Below, one piece after another: positions 18,678 to 27,995 of a stretch of 32,000 nucleotides of DNA. Source of the stretch: Candidatus Kuenenia stuttgartensis (GTDB taxonomy: Bacteria; Planctomycetota; Brocadiia; Brocadiales; Brocadiaceae). A model generated the notes under the pieces. It did not search any database. It was not told the DNA's origin and saw only the letters and a list, made by a program, of their open reading frames with translations. Numbering within the stretch: position 1 is the stretch's first letter; each line of letters starts with the position of its first letter. The stretch is taken from positions 2,430,001-2,462,000 of the forward strand of contig NZ_LT934425.1 of assembly GCF_900232105.1 (NCBI RefSeq). Direction: 5' to 3'. Both the position numbers and the translations under genes were made by a program.

Positions 18678-19553
18678 TCAGGAATCTATTTTTTGTTTTA
18701 GAAGCATCTTGCTCAAATAATAATGGACTTGCCGGGCTTCGGAATCACTCAGCAACTGCGGATCAAATGCCCGCATTGTTTCTATTACCTTTAGCCAATC
18801 TGATTGCGTCCTCTTCTGTTGGAACACGCGTTCTAGTGTGTGACAAAGATGGCATTTGTTTAAAATTATCTTCATGCCTACCTGTGCATCCATTTTTTGC
18901 TCATCAATGCCAAGGTTTTTTATCAGAAATCCCAGCGCCTGCAATTCTTCCAGATCGCTCAGGCGAAGCGGGTCCTTTGCCCTCATGCGGGCTACATAAT
19001 CCCTCCATTCCGCCGCTGTTTTAAAATGTGAATACACCCTTTCTAACGAATGACAACTGGAGCATTTCGTCTGTACTACCTTCCTACCTTCACTCGCATT
19101 CACCTTTACCGGTTTGCCTTGTTGTAAAAGCACAATGTACTGACTGCGGGCTAAAGTGAGGAGAAAATACCCGCCGTTCATAATAACCGTCAGGTATACG
19201 GCAACCATTACGATCATGCCGTATATTGGCAGGCGCGGATAATATTTTTTAAAACCGCGGGCAACGCATATTTTTGCAACGAGCAGCGGGAAAATAGCAA
19301 GTCCGAGATACGCATGAATAGCATCCTTTGCCGACCAGGTAATAGGGTCGCGCGTGATTTTCAATGACATTAAATAACATATGAATATATAAAGCACAAA
19401 GAAGGCATAGCCGGCAATACGATGTCCCTGCCGGAAAAAATCCGGATAGTGTGTCTTTTTATTTCTGCCAGGCAGAATGATAATGAAGAGAACCGCAACA
19501 ATACCGATAATGAGCAGGCCGAAGGCAAGTGAAGTTGTTATTTTGGGGTTCAT
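18678..19553 (-). CDS. Membrane-anchored di-heme c-type cytochrome
   Basis: Four probable TM helices then two CXXCH sites (CSSCH, CHLCH) in tandem similar domains. Confidence 0.85.
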   Translation of the reverse strand: MNPKITTSLAFGLLIIGIVAVLFIIILPGRNKKTHYPDFFRQGHRIAGYAFFVLYIFICYLMSLKITRDPITWSAKDAIHAYLGLAIFPLLVAKICVARGFKKYYPRLPIYGMIVMVAVYLTVIMNGGYFLLTLARSQYIVLLQQGKPVKVNASEGRKVVQTKCSSCHSLERVYSHFKTAAEWRDYVARMRAKDPLRLSDLEELQALGFLIKNLGIDEQKMDAQVGMKIILNKCHLCHTLERVFQQKRTQSDWLKVIETMRAFDPQLLSDSEARQVHYYLSKMLLKQKIDS

Positions 19554-19636
19554 TGAAATTGCTTGCTCTACGTCCAGGGGGGTAATTAACTGGTGAAACC
19601 TTGTAACATTTTTAATAACGATATTTACCGCACGAT

Positions 19637-19708
19637 GTAGGGGCGAAGCATTTGCATGCTTGAGTATGAACGCATGTATGCCAGTTATCGCAAATGCTTC
19701 GCCCCTAC
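19637..19708. repeat. Perfect 19-bp inverted repeat gtaggggcgaagcatttgc ... gcaaatgcttcgcccctac
   Basis: Arms 19637-19655 and 19690-19708, 34-nt spacer; related to 8606-8678. Confidence 0.8.
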
Positions 19709-19719
19709 GGTTTCAGGTT

Positions 19720-20823
19720 TTACGCTTTTCTGCCGAAATTAACGCCAATTTCCTCCGCCGTTATTACCAATCCTGTTTCCGTAGGCACTTTTTTTTGTCC
19801 GCCTGCCACACTGCTCAGCGGAACAGATTCAATGTCCTGTCCTTTCAGACACACCATGCGTCCAAACTGATTATTAATAATTAGCTTAACCGCAGCGGCG
19901 CCAAATCTGGTGGAGAGTATCCGGTCTGTGGCATTGGGAGTCCCGCCTCTTTGCACGTGCCCCAGCGTTGTGACCCGCACATCTATGCCGGTGTTATTTT
20001 TGATGTAAAGTCCAGCCTTTTCGCCAGCGCCCCCGAGTCGTTCCGCACTCCCGCCTTCTTCTGCCGACTGCAAAATGCACAATGCGCCGTCTATTTCTTT
20101 TGCACCCTCCGATACAACAACAATACTGGAACGGCAACCTTTCTTCTGCCTGCGGAGAATTTTCTGGCAAATCTCTTCCTTATCATAGGGTATTTCCGGG
20201 ATGAGTATTACGTCAGCGCCACCTGCAATCCCGGACGCCACGGCGATCCATCCTGCATATCTTCCCATTACCTCCATTACCATCACCCGGTGGTGGCTTT
20301 CTGCGGTGGTATGCAAACGGTCCAGCATTTCAGTGGCAATCTGTACTGCTGTACTGAATCCGAAAGAGACATCTGTGAAGAGGATATCGTTATCGATCGT
20401 TTTGGGTACGCCTACCACCGGGCAGCCCATGTCATAAAGATGAGATGCGATGTTCAGCGAGCCGTCCCCGCCAATAACGATAAGGGCGTCCAATTCCAGA
20501 GATTTTGTTTTTTGTATAACTTCCGAGGAGACGTCTCTTATCTCCGTTTTACCGTTTACCGTTATTCGATATTTAAATGGATTTGCCCGGTTTGAAGTGC
20601 CAAGTATGGTTCCCCCGACATGAAGAATACCCCTGCTGTTAAATGGGGTCAACTCTCTTGTTTTGTTTGGTAATATCAGCCCATCATAGCCATCTTCTAT
20701 TCCTGTTATGGCAATATCATGTTTTTGGACAGCGGACTTCACGATAGCCCTGATGACTGCGTTCAGTCCGGGACAATCTCCTCCACCTGTTAACACACCA
20801 ATCTTTTTTACATTATGTGACAT
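19720..20823 (-). CDS. pfkA: 6-phosphofructokinase (track start 20928; likely start MSHNVKKIG at 20823)
   Basis: IGVLTGGGDCPGLNAVIRAIV, VIGGDGSLNIA, GVPKTIDNDI, MEVMGRYAGWIA, LGHVQRGG. Confidence 0.93.
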   Translation of the reverse strand: MSHNVKKIGVLTGGGDCPGLNAVIRAIVKSAVQKHDIAITGIEDGYDGLILPNKTRELTPFNSRGILHVGGTILGTSNRANPFKYRITVNGKTEIRDVSSEVIQKTKSLELDALIVIGGDGSLNIASHLYDMGCPVVGVPKTIDNDILFTDVSFGFSTAVQIATEMLDRLHTTAESHHRVMVMEVMGRYAGWIAVASGIAGGADVILIPEIPYDKEEICQKILRRQKKGCRSSIVVVSEGAKEIDGALCILQSAEEGGSAERLGGAGEKAGLYIKNNTGIDVRVTTLGHVQRGGTPNATDRILSTRFGAAAVKLIINNQFGRMVCLKGQDIESVPLSSVAGGQKKVPTETGLVITAEEIGVNFGRKA

Positions 20824-20922
20824 AAGAGATATTGCCCCCGGTGGGAAAAAAAACACGCCTTCATTTTTTCGCAAATTAGGTTGTATTTTAAAAAGACAAA
20901 AAACCCAACGACATTCATTTTT

Positions 20923-20992
20923 ACCCACCCCTAACTCCTCCTAAAAGGAGAGTTTGATAAGTCCCCTCTTGGGAGGATATTGAGGGGTGGGT
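20923..20992. repeat. Short inverted repeat acccacccct ... aggggtgggt
   Basis: 10-bp perfect arms 20923-20932 and 20983-20992. Confidence 0.5.
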
Positions 20993-21099
20993 TTGTTCAT
21001 TGTTTAACTAAAAATATTAAAATTCCTAAACATGAACATAAAAGAGAACAAAGTCGTAAAAATTTATTAACGGTAATTTTTAATCTGCAATGGCGTTCA

Positions 21100-21467
21100 T
21101 CACCGTTGCTTTTTTGATAATTTCCTCACGTACCTGGCCAGGGCCTCAATTTCTTCAGGTGTCAGCCTTTCATTCCATGCCGGCATTTTGTTCTTTCCGT
21201 TAGTGATGGAATGAAGAATTTCTTTCGTCTGTTTTTGAATTTTGCCATCCAGGATCACATAAATCCGGCGCCTTTAATGCCTTTCCCCTTTTGTTTGCTT
21301 CTCCTGTCAATCCATGGCACTTGGCACAGTGATATTCAAAAAGATTTCGTGCGTCTATGGCCTTTTCTTCCCCACGGGAAGGAAAATGGAATGACGGAAC
21401 CTGCAAGCAAAAATAAGGCTGAAAAGATAAAAACGATTCTCAACATACTTGTTTTCTTATGTGCCAT
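21100..21467 (-). pseudogene. c-type cytochrome split over three frames
   Basis: Signal peptide MAHKKTSMLRIVFIFSALFLLAGSVIPFS in one frame, ...RGEEKAIDARNLFEYHCAKCHGLTGEANKRGKALKAPDL... in a second, ...KEILHSITNGKNKMPAWNERLTPEEIEALARYVRKLSKKQR* in another. Confidence 0.75.
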
Positions 21468-21510
21468 AATTATGGTATCCTCTTCCCGGTGTAAAAATTT
21501 TCAGCACAAC

Positions 21511-21859
21511 TTACTTTTTAAACCCTCTGACAACAGGCACCAAAGCCTTCACTTCTTCCGGGAGTCAGTTTTTCCTTGAAAGGCATCATCATTTCCGGCG
21601 TGCCTTCATTTATCTGCTCAATTATTCGCTCATCACTCGTCTTTGCCTGCCACTCAGCGTCTGCAAATTTACGGGCGCCCAGGCCTACGCCAAGATCTGT
21701 AGGGTTTCCATCCACGCCGTGACAGGTTTTGCAGTGTTGTAAATATAATTTCATACCATCAATGTTCGAGGCTTTTGAAACAGACGTTCCGAAAAAAAAG
21801 GCGCTTGCGCCAATGGTAACGGAAAATAATGCAAGGGTTAAAGTGCTTTTGTTCTTCAT
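21511..21859 (-). pseudogene. Small class I-like c-type cytochrome with a 3' frameshift
   Basis: HCKTCHG heme site; reading 'ctgactcccggaagaagtg' with one C removed restores LTPEEVKALVPVVRGFKK* instead of LTPGRSEGFGACCQRV*. Confidence 0.75.
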
Positions 21860-21959
21860 TTTTTCTTCTCCTGAAAAAAAACCAATAGAATAAATAATAG
21901 CGATTCGTTTTTAATACCGGTCTTTAGAATAATCCTGCGAATAGATTCATTCACGGTAT

Positions 21960-22154
21960 TTAATACTCATAAGCAAGTACACGTATTATTCCCATAGTAT
22001 CGCCGCCGGTATTTGTTGTGCTGTCAGAAACCGAGACTACCTTTGTAATATTGTTTTGTTGTAAGAAATCGTTCACCTCCTTATCCAGTTCAACTAGTTC
22101 ATTATGAACATGAAATATCTTCAGAGTGGAAGTAAATGTTTTTACCTTTATCAT
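21960..22154 (-). CDS. Small hypothetical protein
   Basis: 64-aa ORF MIKVKTFTSTLKIFHVHNELVELDKEVNDFLQQNNITKVVSVSDSTTNTGGDTMGIIRVLAYEY; coherent alpha/beta-like composition in a gene cluster. Confidence 0.5.
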   Translation of the reverse strand: MIKVKTFTSTLKIFHVHNELVELDKEVNDFLQQNNITKVVSVSDSTTNTGGDTMGIIRVLAYEY

Positions 22155-22181
22155 AATAATTACTCCTTGTGAAAAGAAAGA

Positions 22182-22562
22182 TTATGTCATTACATTTACT
22201 TCCCTCGTACCTTCCCATATACCGTGGAGATTGCACCGGCTGAATGCCCTGAGTGTTCTGGAGCCTTCATGTTGCAGTACAATGGAAAAAGAGATATCCG
22301 GCTTTGTCATAACTGCGGTAAAATCCACACGTGAAAGATAGATATGGCCGCAGTATAAATCGATAAATTGTATAAAATGCCCGTTTTCCATCACATGCGG
22401 GGCTTCACCGACTTTGATAGTTACGGTAAATGGTTCTCCCGCTTTTACCTTTTCGGGCAATGTTATTACCGGTACATGTTTTTTCACAGTCTCCGCCGGG
22501 CCGGTCGCTGCAGTGTTTATTTGACAGAACAATCCAGGTTCAGACATAGTTTTTCCCTCCAT
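22182..22562 (-). CDS. Superoxide reductase-like (desulfoferrodoxin/neelaredoxin family, class II-like) protein
   Basis: KKHVPVITLPEKVKAGEPFTVTIKVGEAPHVMENGHFIQFIDLYCG ... RCNLHGIWEG. Confidence 0.88.
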   Translation of the reverse strand: MEGKTMSEPGLFCQINTAATGPAETVKKHVPVITLPEKVKAGEPFTVTIKVGEAPHVMENGHFIQFIDLYCGHIYLSRVDFTAVMTKPDISFSIVLQHEGSRTLRAFSRCNLHGIWEGTREVNVMT

Positions 22563-22655
22563 AAATCAGGTTTTAAAAATAATAAAAATGATTGCTACAA
22601 TTATTTCACCCATACGCTGGCATAACCAGAACGAAACAAGCACCAAAAAGAAAAT

Positions 22656-22792
22656 GCTAAATTCGAAACAAAATATAAAATCCTCCCCCGACCCCTTACA
22701 AGGGGGGACAACTATCCTAACACTCCCCGCTAGCGGGGGACATTCTCCCTCTTTGAGGGGGCAAGGGGGGAGGATTAGGATTGAAATTTAGC
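22656..22792. repeat. Non-coding GC-rich element bounded by inverted gctaaatt...aatttagc ends
   Basis: Left gctaaattcg...aaatcctccccc, right gggggaggattaggattgaaatttagc. Confidence 0.6.
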
Positions 22793-22926
22793 ATAAGGGA
22801 AGCGGGAGCTTCCAAGGCCACTTGCGTTCCCAAGCCGGAGCTTGGGAACGAGCGTTTTTACTTTTTCAAAAATCTGAACTGTTACAAGAAATTACTGCTA
22901 CAACACTAAAGGGTTGTTTTTCCAAC

Positions 22927-23103
22927 TTATTCCGGTACATTTTTTATTGCCTTTACAGGACATGCGTTAATGCACAGTTCGCATTGATCACATTTGTGTT
23001 GAAGTATCTCTGCCTTGTCCATATTCATGATAATTGCCGCGGGGGGGCATGCATATAAACATTCTTCACATCCAACACATTCAGTTTTCTCCACAATAAT
23101 CAT
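22927..23103 (-). CDS. 2[4Fe-4S] ferredoxin, 58 aa (missing from ORF track)
   Basis: Reverse-strand translation MIIVEKTECVGCEECLYACPPAAIIMNMDKAEILQHKCDQCELCINACPVKAIKNVPE*, two CX2CX2CX3CP motifs. Confidence 0.88.
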   Translation of the reverse strand: MIIVEKTECVGCEECLYACPPAAIIMNMDKAEILQHKCDQCELCINACPVKAIKNVPE

Positions 23104-23189
23104 TGTTTCTGAGCCATAGTTAATTAATACCCCTGGCGCTTAATCATACGCCAGATTCTCATATTGCCCGCGAATGGTGCGAATCTCTC

Positions 23190-23594
23190 TTATGCTTCCT
23201 TTACCTGAATCTTTCGTGGTTTTACATGCTCCGCCTTTGGGAGTATTATCGTTAAAATCCCATCAGACATCTTTGCCTCGATTTTATCTCTGTTTACGGC
23301 ATCCGAAAGGATAAAGTGCCTGTGATAATGTCCTATATTGTATTCGCTGTAAAGTAATTTCTCATCAGTGTATGCTTCCTGAGAGATTTCTCCATTAACT
23401 ATTAATTCATTGCTTTGCATATCTACCGTAATGTTGTTAGCTCCCACCCCGGGCATATCTATTACGACTGTGAAATTATCCGGTGTTTCATAAATATCCG
23501 ACAAGGGATAATACCAATTGCCTTTTCCCGTCACAATACATCTGTCCGGCGCAAGTTTCTTTTTTTTAACGACAGGGTACTCTGTATTACTCAT
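23190..23594 (-). CDS. Hsp20/alpha-crystallin family small heat shock protein
   Basis: ETPDNFTVVIDMPGVGANNITVDMQSNELIVNGE ... FILSDAVNRDKIEAKMSDGILTIILPK. Confidence 0.9.
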   Translation of the reverse strand: MSNTEYPVVKKKKLAPDRCIVTGKGNWYYPLSDIYETPDNFTVVIDMPGVGANNITVDMQSNELIVNGEISQEAYTDEKLLYSEYNIGHYHRHFILSDAVNRDKIEAKMSDGILTIILPKAEHVKPRKIQVKEA

Positions 23595-23614
23595 TGTAAA
23601 AATCTCCTTTTTCT

Positions 23615-24064
23615 TTAAGATTTTTTTATCTCAATTTGTTTCGGTTTTTTTTCTGCTGCCTTAGGCAATGTGATGGTTAGGACACCATTTTTGTATGATG
23701 CCACAACTTTTTCTGCATCGACTTTTTCCGGCAACATAGTAGAACGGGCAAATGTACCGAAGTTTCTTTCCCGGCGCAAATAAGTTATATGTCCTTCGCC
23801 CGTGTTTGGTTTTCTCTCTCCCTTAATGGTTAAAATATCATCCGCAACCTGAACGTCCAGATCGATAACCTTAATGCCAGGAAGTTCTGCCCTTACAATA
23901 ACGTTATCTTTATTCATAGATACCACCATTTGGGGGAATTCTGCGCCCACATATCCTTCCGTCTTAGATCCGGAACTGAGAAAATCAATCAAATCACCCA
24001 TTTCACGTTGAATATGAGTAAAGCCTTCTAAAGGATCTGTATTCTCCCAACGAATTAAATTCAT
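23615..24064 (-). CDS. Hsp20/alpha-crystallin family small heat shock protein
   Basis: PQMVVSMNKDNVIVRAELPGIKVIDLDVQVADDILTIKGERK ... FARSTMLPEKVDAEKVVASYKNGVLTITLPK. Confidence 0.93.
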   Translation of the reverse strand: MNLIRWENTDPLEGFTHIQREMGDLIDFLSSGSKTEGYVGAEFPQMVVSMNKDNVIVRAELPGIKVIDLDVQVADDILTIKGERKPNTGEGHITYLRRERNFGTFARSTMLPEKVDAEKVVASYKNGVLTITLPKAAEKKPKQIEIKKS

Positions 24065-24127
24065 TACACCCCTCCCTTACCAATAAAAAAATGAATGTTA
24101 AATTAAAACATGGAACAATATGATTTT

Positions 24128-24163
24128 TCTAAAACGATAGATTGCGCAATCTATCGTTTTAGA
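24128..24163. promoter_or_regulatory. Perfect 36-bp palindrome upstream of the sHSP pair
   Basis: tctaaaacgatagattgc|gcaatctatcgttttaga, no spacer, 63 bp upstream of the 24064 start. Confidence 0.7.
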
Positions 24164-24558
24164 CAAGATATCATTCCATAACAGCGTATTGTTTATATTG
24201 CTGGCAATGTTTTACAATCGTTAGTTCCGGAATAATAAAAGATTACAACCGCCCGGCAATGCAAATGCAGAAAACAGATTGCTTGAAAAAGGAATAATTA
24301 TTTTCCTTGTATATTTTAAGAGCGCAATAAGAATGCCACTGAAAAGACCAGTACACGTCGTTATATATTATCCTTATATTTTGAGCGTCGTCAATGCCCT
24401 CTTTTGGGTAGTGATAAAATAAAGGGTGGATCAGCTCAAACGTTATTTATCCTCAGTGCACTGGTCCAATTTAAAGGTTCAATTTAAAAGATAGGAATTA
24501 TTATAAAAACATCAGCTTATTTAGAAATTACGTATATTCAAATGAATTTGGCAGGCAA

Positions 24559-25663
24559 TCAGGCTTTAACAAACCGTTTGCCTGAAAGTTGTTTTACCAG
24601 TTTTTTAATTTCGAGGATCATTAATGTACTTGAAACAATAGATGTTGGGTAGTTTGGTGGATTGAATAATCTCATCAATATATATTGGAGTGCTGGATAA
24701 AAGGGAAAAAACCTTTTTCTCATGTGAGTTGAGCAATAAATCTCTTGGGTCATTTAAGGCTGCATCTTCGCCGGCAGGGCATAAACTATCTGCAACATGC
24801 CCTAATTCCTGGATAATATCGGTAATGTCTTCCGTTAGTTTTGCGCCTTCTTTGATCAATTTGTTTGTGCCCTGGCTGTAGAGACTATCAACGTTTCCCG
24901 GCAATGCAAAGACCTCCTTTCCTTGTTCCAATGCCCATTGAGCAGTGATGAGGGAGCCGCTTTTCAGCGTTGACTCGATAACCAGTACGCCAAGCGATAA
25001 ACCGCTGATAATTCTGTTGCGCGGCGGGAAATTCCGATAGTCAGGAGGCGTGTTTATCGGGAATTCCGAGATGAGTGCGCCATGCTGTATTATGTTTTCT
25101 GATAATACGGTGTTTTCTTTGGGATAGACTGTCCCTAATCCGCAGCCAAGAACGGCTATCGTTCTTCCATTTGAGCTGATCGCTCCCTTGTGGGCTGCTG
25201 TGTCTATTCCGCGTGCCATCCCGCTTATTATGCAGAAACCTTTTTGCGCCAGTTGGCGGGCAAACCGTTCTGCCTGTGACAGCCCGTAATAGGTGCAGCG
25301 TCTCGATCCAACAATCGCAAGGGCTATAAGATCCGTTTCCAGCAAATTGCCTTTTACGTAAAGGACTAGAGGGGGATCGTAAAGATTCTTCAGGTGTTGC
25401 GGATAATCGGCGCTTGTATAGGGGATAATTTTTATATTGTTTTTTTCTGCTAAATCAATTTCCTGGTGTATATCAACGCGTTGCGATTCTTCCAGTATTG
25501 CGTTTGCTATTTTCCCGCCTATGCCGGGTAACTTTTCCAATTCGGGTTTCACCGCCTGAAATACCCCGGCGATAGAACCAAATCTTTCGACAAGTGTCTG
25601 GTATGTCCTCGCCCCGATGCCCTTTGTCATATGAAGGCGCAGAATGGCTTCAAATTCAGTCAA
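24559..25663 (-). CDS. dprA: DNA-processing protein DprA, frameshifted near the 3' end
   Basis: IVGSRRCTYYGLSQAERFARQLAQKGFCIISGMARGIDTAAHKGA, FPLGNV-like 'VFALPGNVDS'; annotated frame ends at 24605 but C-terminus VSSTLMILEIKKLVKQLSGKRFVKA continues in another frame to 24559. Confidence 0.9.
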
Positions 25664-25777
25664 GTTGCTTATCCTTTATAAAGAAAGGGAATGATAAGGT
25701 TTTTAAAAGAAACATACTCCATCGAAAAACCAAAATACCCGGCACGCATTGCGGGTGATGTTTTTTCGAGTCCATGG

Positions 25778-26866
25778 TTAGAAGGCTAAAAGGGGTTTAT
25801 CTAATACGCGGTAGAGCATTTCATCATTTACTTTATCAGAGATAATAACCTCGCCGATTTTTGTAGGGAGCACAAAACGGAGTCTTCCGGAGACCGTTTT
25901 CTTGTCAGTGTACAGCGCCTTTATAATATCCTCTGATTTCAGTCCGGTTTGAATGGATAAGCCCAGGTTTTTCATTATGGATAGCTGCCGGTCGAAAACG
26001 GAGGTATCCGCGATGCCAAGTTCAATTGCTATTTTTGTGGCATAAAGCATGCCTATGGCAACGGCTTCTCCGTGACGATATTGTTTGTAATGGGTAACCG
26101 TTTCTATGGCATGGCCTATGGTGTGTCCATAATTTAAAATGGCGCGAAGATCTTTCTCCTTTTCGTCCTGTTCTACAACATTGGCCTTTATCTGACACGA
26201 CGTGGCAATAATTTTAAGCAATGCTTCATCTTGTAATTGAAGAATAGCATCCATTGATTTTTCCATAAACGCAAATAATTCCGCATCCCTTATAACGCCG
26301 TATTTAATAACCTCAGCGATTCCGGCAACCATTTCTTTCGACGGGAGGGAAGAAAGCGTGTTTGTGTCTATGAATACTGCCTTTGGCTGATAAAAACACC
26401 CGATCATGTTTTTCCCTTTCGGGTGATTGACGGCTACCTTTCCGCCGATGCTGCTATCAACTTGCGCAAGCAGCGAGGTGGGAATTTGTATATAAGGAAT
26501 GCCGCGCATAAAGGTTGCTGCAATAAAACCGCTTAAATCCCCGACAACGCCTCCTCCAAGGGCTACGATGAGGGATTTTCTGTCAAGTTTATGGGCAAAG
26601 CAGTTGTCGTAAAGCAATAATGCATTTTCGATATTTTTTTGTTCTTCTCCCGGCGGTAAGGAAAGTAATTTTACATCAAAATTGTTCTGTCGGAAACTTT
26701 CTGCAACCACGTCTCCATAGATTTTTTCTATGTTTTCGTCGGTTATTAAGAGCATTTTGCATGGTTCTTTGTCTTTTGCGACAATCTCCCCTACTTTCGC
26801 AAGGATATCTTTTCCTATGTAAATATTGTAACTATCTGCGGAAAGATTTACATGAATAGTCTTCAT
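25778..26866 (-). CDS. aroB: 3-dehydroquinate synthase
   Basis: LDRKSLIVALGGGVVGDLSGFIAATFMRGIPYIQIPTSLLAQVDSSIGGKVAVNHPKGKNMIGCFYQP, LNYGHTIGHAIE. Confidence 0.95.
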   Translation of the reverse strand: MKTIHVNLSADSYNIYIGKDILAKVGEIVAKDKEPCKMLLITDENIEKIYGDVVAESFRQNNFDVKLLSLPPGEEQKNIENALLLYDNCFAHKLDRKSLIVALGGGVVGDLSGFIAATFMRGIPYIQIPTSLLAQVDSSIGGKVAVNHPKGKNMIGCFYQPKAVFIDTNTLSSLPSKEMVAGIAEVIKYGVIRDAELFAFMEKSMDAILQLQDEALLKIIATSCQIKANVVEQDEKEKDLRAILNYGHTIGHAIETVTHYKQYRHGEAVAIGMLYATKIAIELGIADTSVFDRQLSIMKNLGLSIQTGLKSEDIIKALYTDKKTVSGRLRFVLPTKIGEVIISDKVNDEMLYRVLDKPLLAF

Positions 26867-27159
26867 ACATTTTTGTCCATTTTTTAAGGTTTGTGTCGGT
26901 AAGAGGATAGATCACCATTTTGCCCTGGGTATGCAGGTATTTGTGCAGCATCTTAAAGCCTTTTCATTTGTTTCTTATATGTCCCCTGGATTTTAAAAAA
27001 AACGAGACTGTCGCCAATTCTCAAGTCTCTTATCCCTTGAAGAGACTACCATTTTTTGCCAAATTCTGCAACAAGGCTTTACCTTCATTTAGACCTTCAG
27101 CAGTTTTCTTACGTCACGAAGACTTCAAGGTACAAATTAAAAAGCTTGATGATTTTGTG

Positions 27160-27319
27160 ACTAGTATAGCGTTTCATTAAAATATCTACATTGATACCGT
27201 CATTGCGAGCGACAGCGAAGCAATCTTAAGTCTTTTGGGAACAAGAGATTGCTTCGTCGTTCCACTCCTCGCAATGACATTTTTTTACGTACACATTTTA
27301 ACGAAACGATGTACTAGTT
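27160..27319. repeat. MITE-like inverted-repeat element (160 bp)
   Basis: Left actagtatagcgtttcattaaaat and right attttaacgaaacgatgtactagt are imperfect reverse complements; inner attgcgagcgacagcgaagcaatct / agattgcttcg..ctcgcaatgac also inverted. Confidence 0.75.
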
Positions 27320-27995
27320 TGAAATTCATGGACGTTAAATCCTTGTTGACGGAATAGCCTATTTTATTATACATTAATTTTCGACCCGGCAAATATACAA
27401 CAAAACCAAAACACCACCACAGCAAGAGATTCCATTATAAACAATATAATCTCGGCATATTCCCAAGCTTTTAATATACTCTGGAACTACATAGCCTATG
27501 GCATAAGTAAATCTGTAGATTTTCAGAGAGTGGAAAATGAAGCTCGCACAATGATCCAATACGTAAAAGACAAAAACAGAGGAAATTACGCAAAAATTAA
27601 GGAATAGTCAAATACATTACTTTGTTAAAAACCATTGAAACCGTTCGTAAAGTAATATGTTTTGCATGTCTTCACGTTCGGCGTCATACTTAATTTTGTA
27701 TGGTAATTAATCAAGAATCTTTCAAAACATAAATCCTTTTAAATAGCGGCAATTAAGATAGTTTTGCATATTATTTTAACAAAGTAATGTTTATAGAATA
27801 CTTATTGCAAAAAATGAGTTCGAAGAGTAAGGTAATAACATAATGGTGTATCGACCTTTAAAGACAAGGGAAAAATTGCTTATCTGCTTTACTCCTGTGA
27901 TATTAATGACTTCTTGAATTCAACGGATATTGCTTAAAATTTCCCTCATGGAACAAGAAAAGTCATTAATTCCTGTCAGAATATGAAAATTTTTG

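Noticed and set aside
19951-20595. 214-aa plus-strand ORF
   Set aside because: Antisense shadow of the pfkA gene, His/Tyr/Cys-rich with no recognisable features.
27374-27559. 61-aa minus-strand ORF in aroB-ATPase intergenic region
   Set aside because: No SD or domain pattern; region is dominated by repeats and AT-rich sequence.
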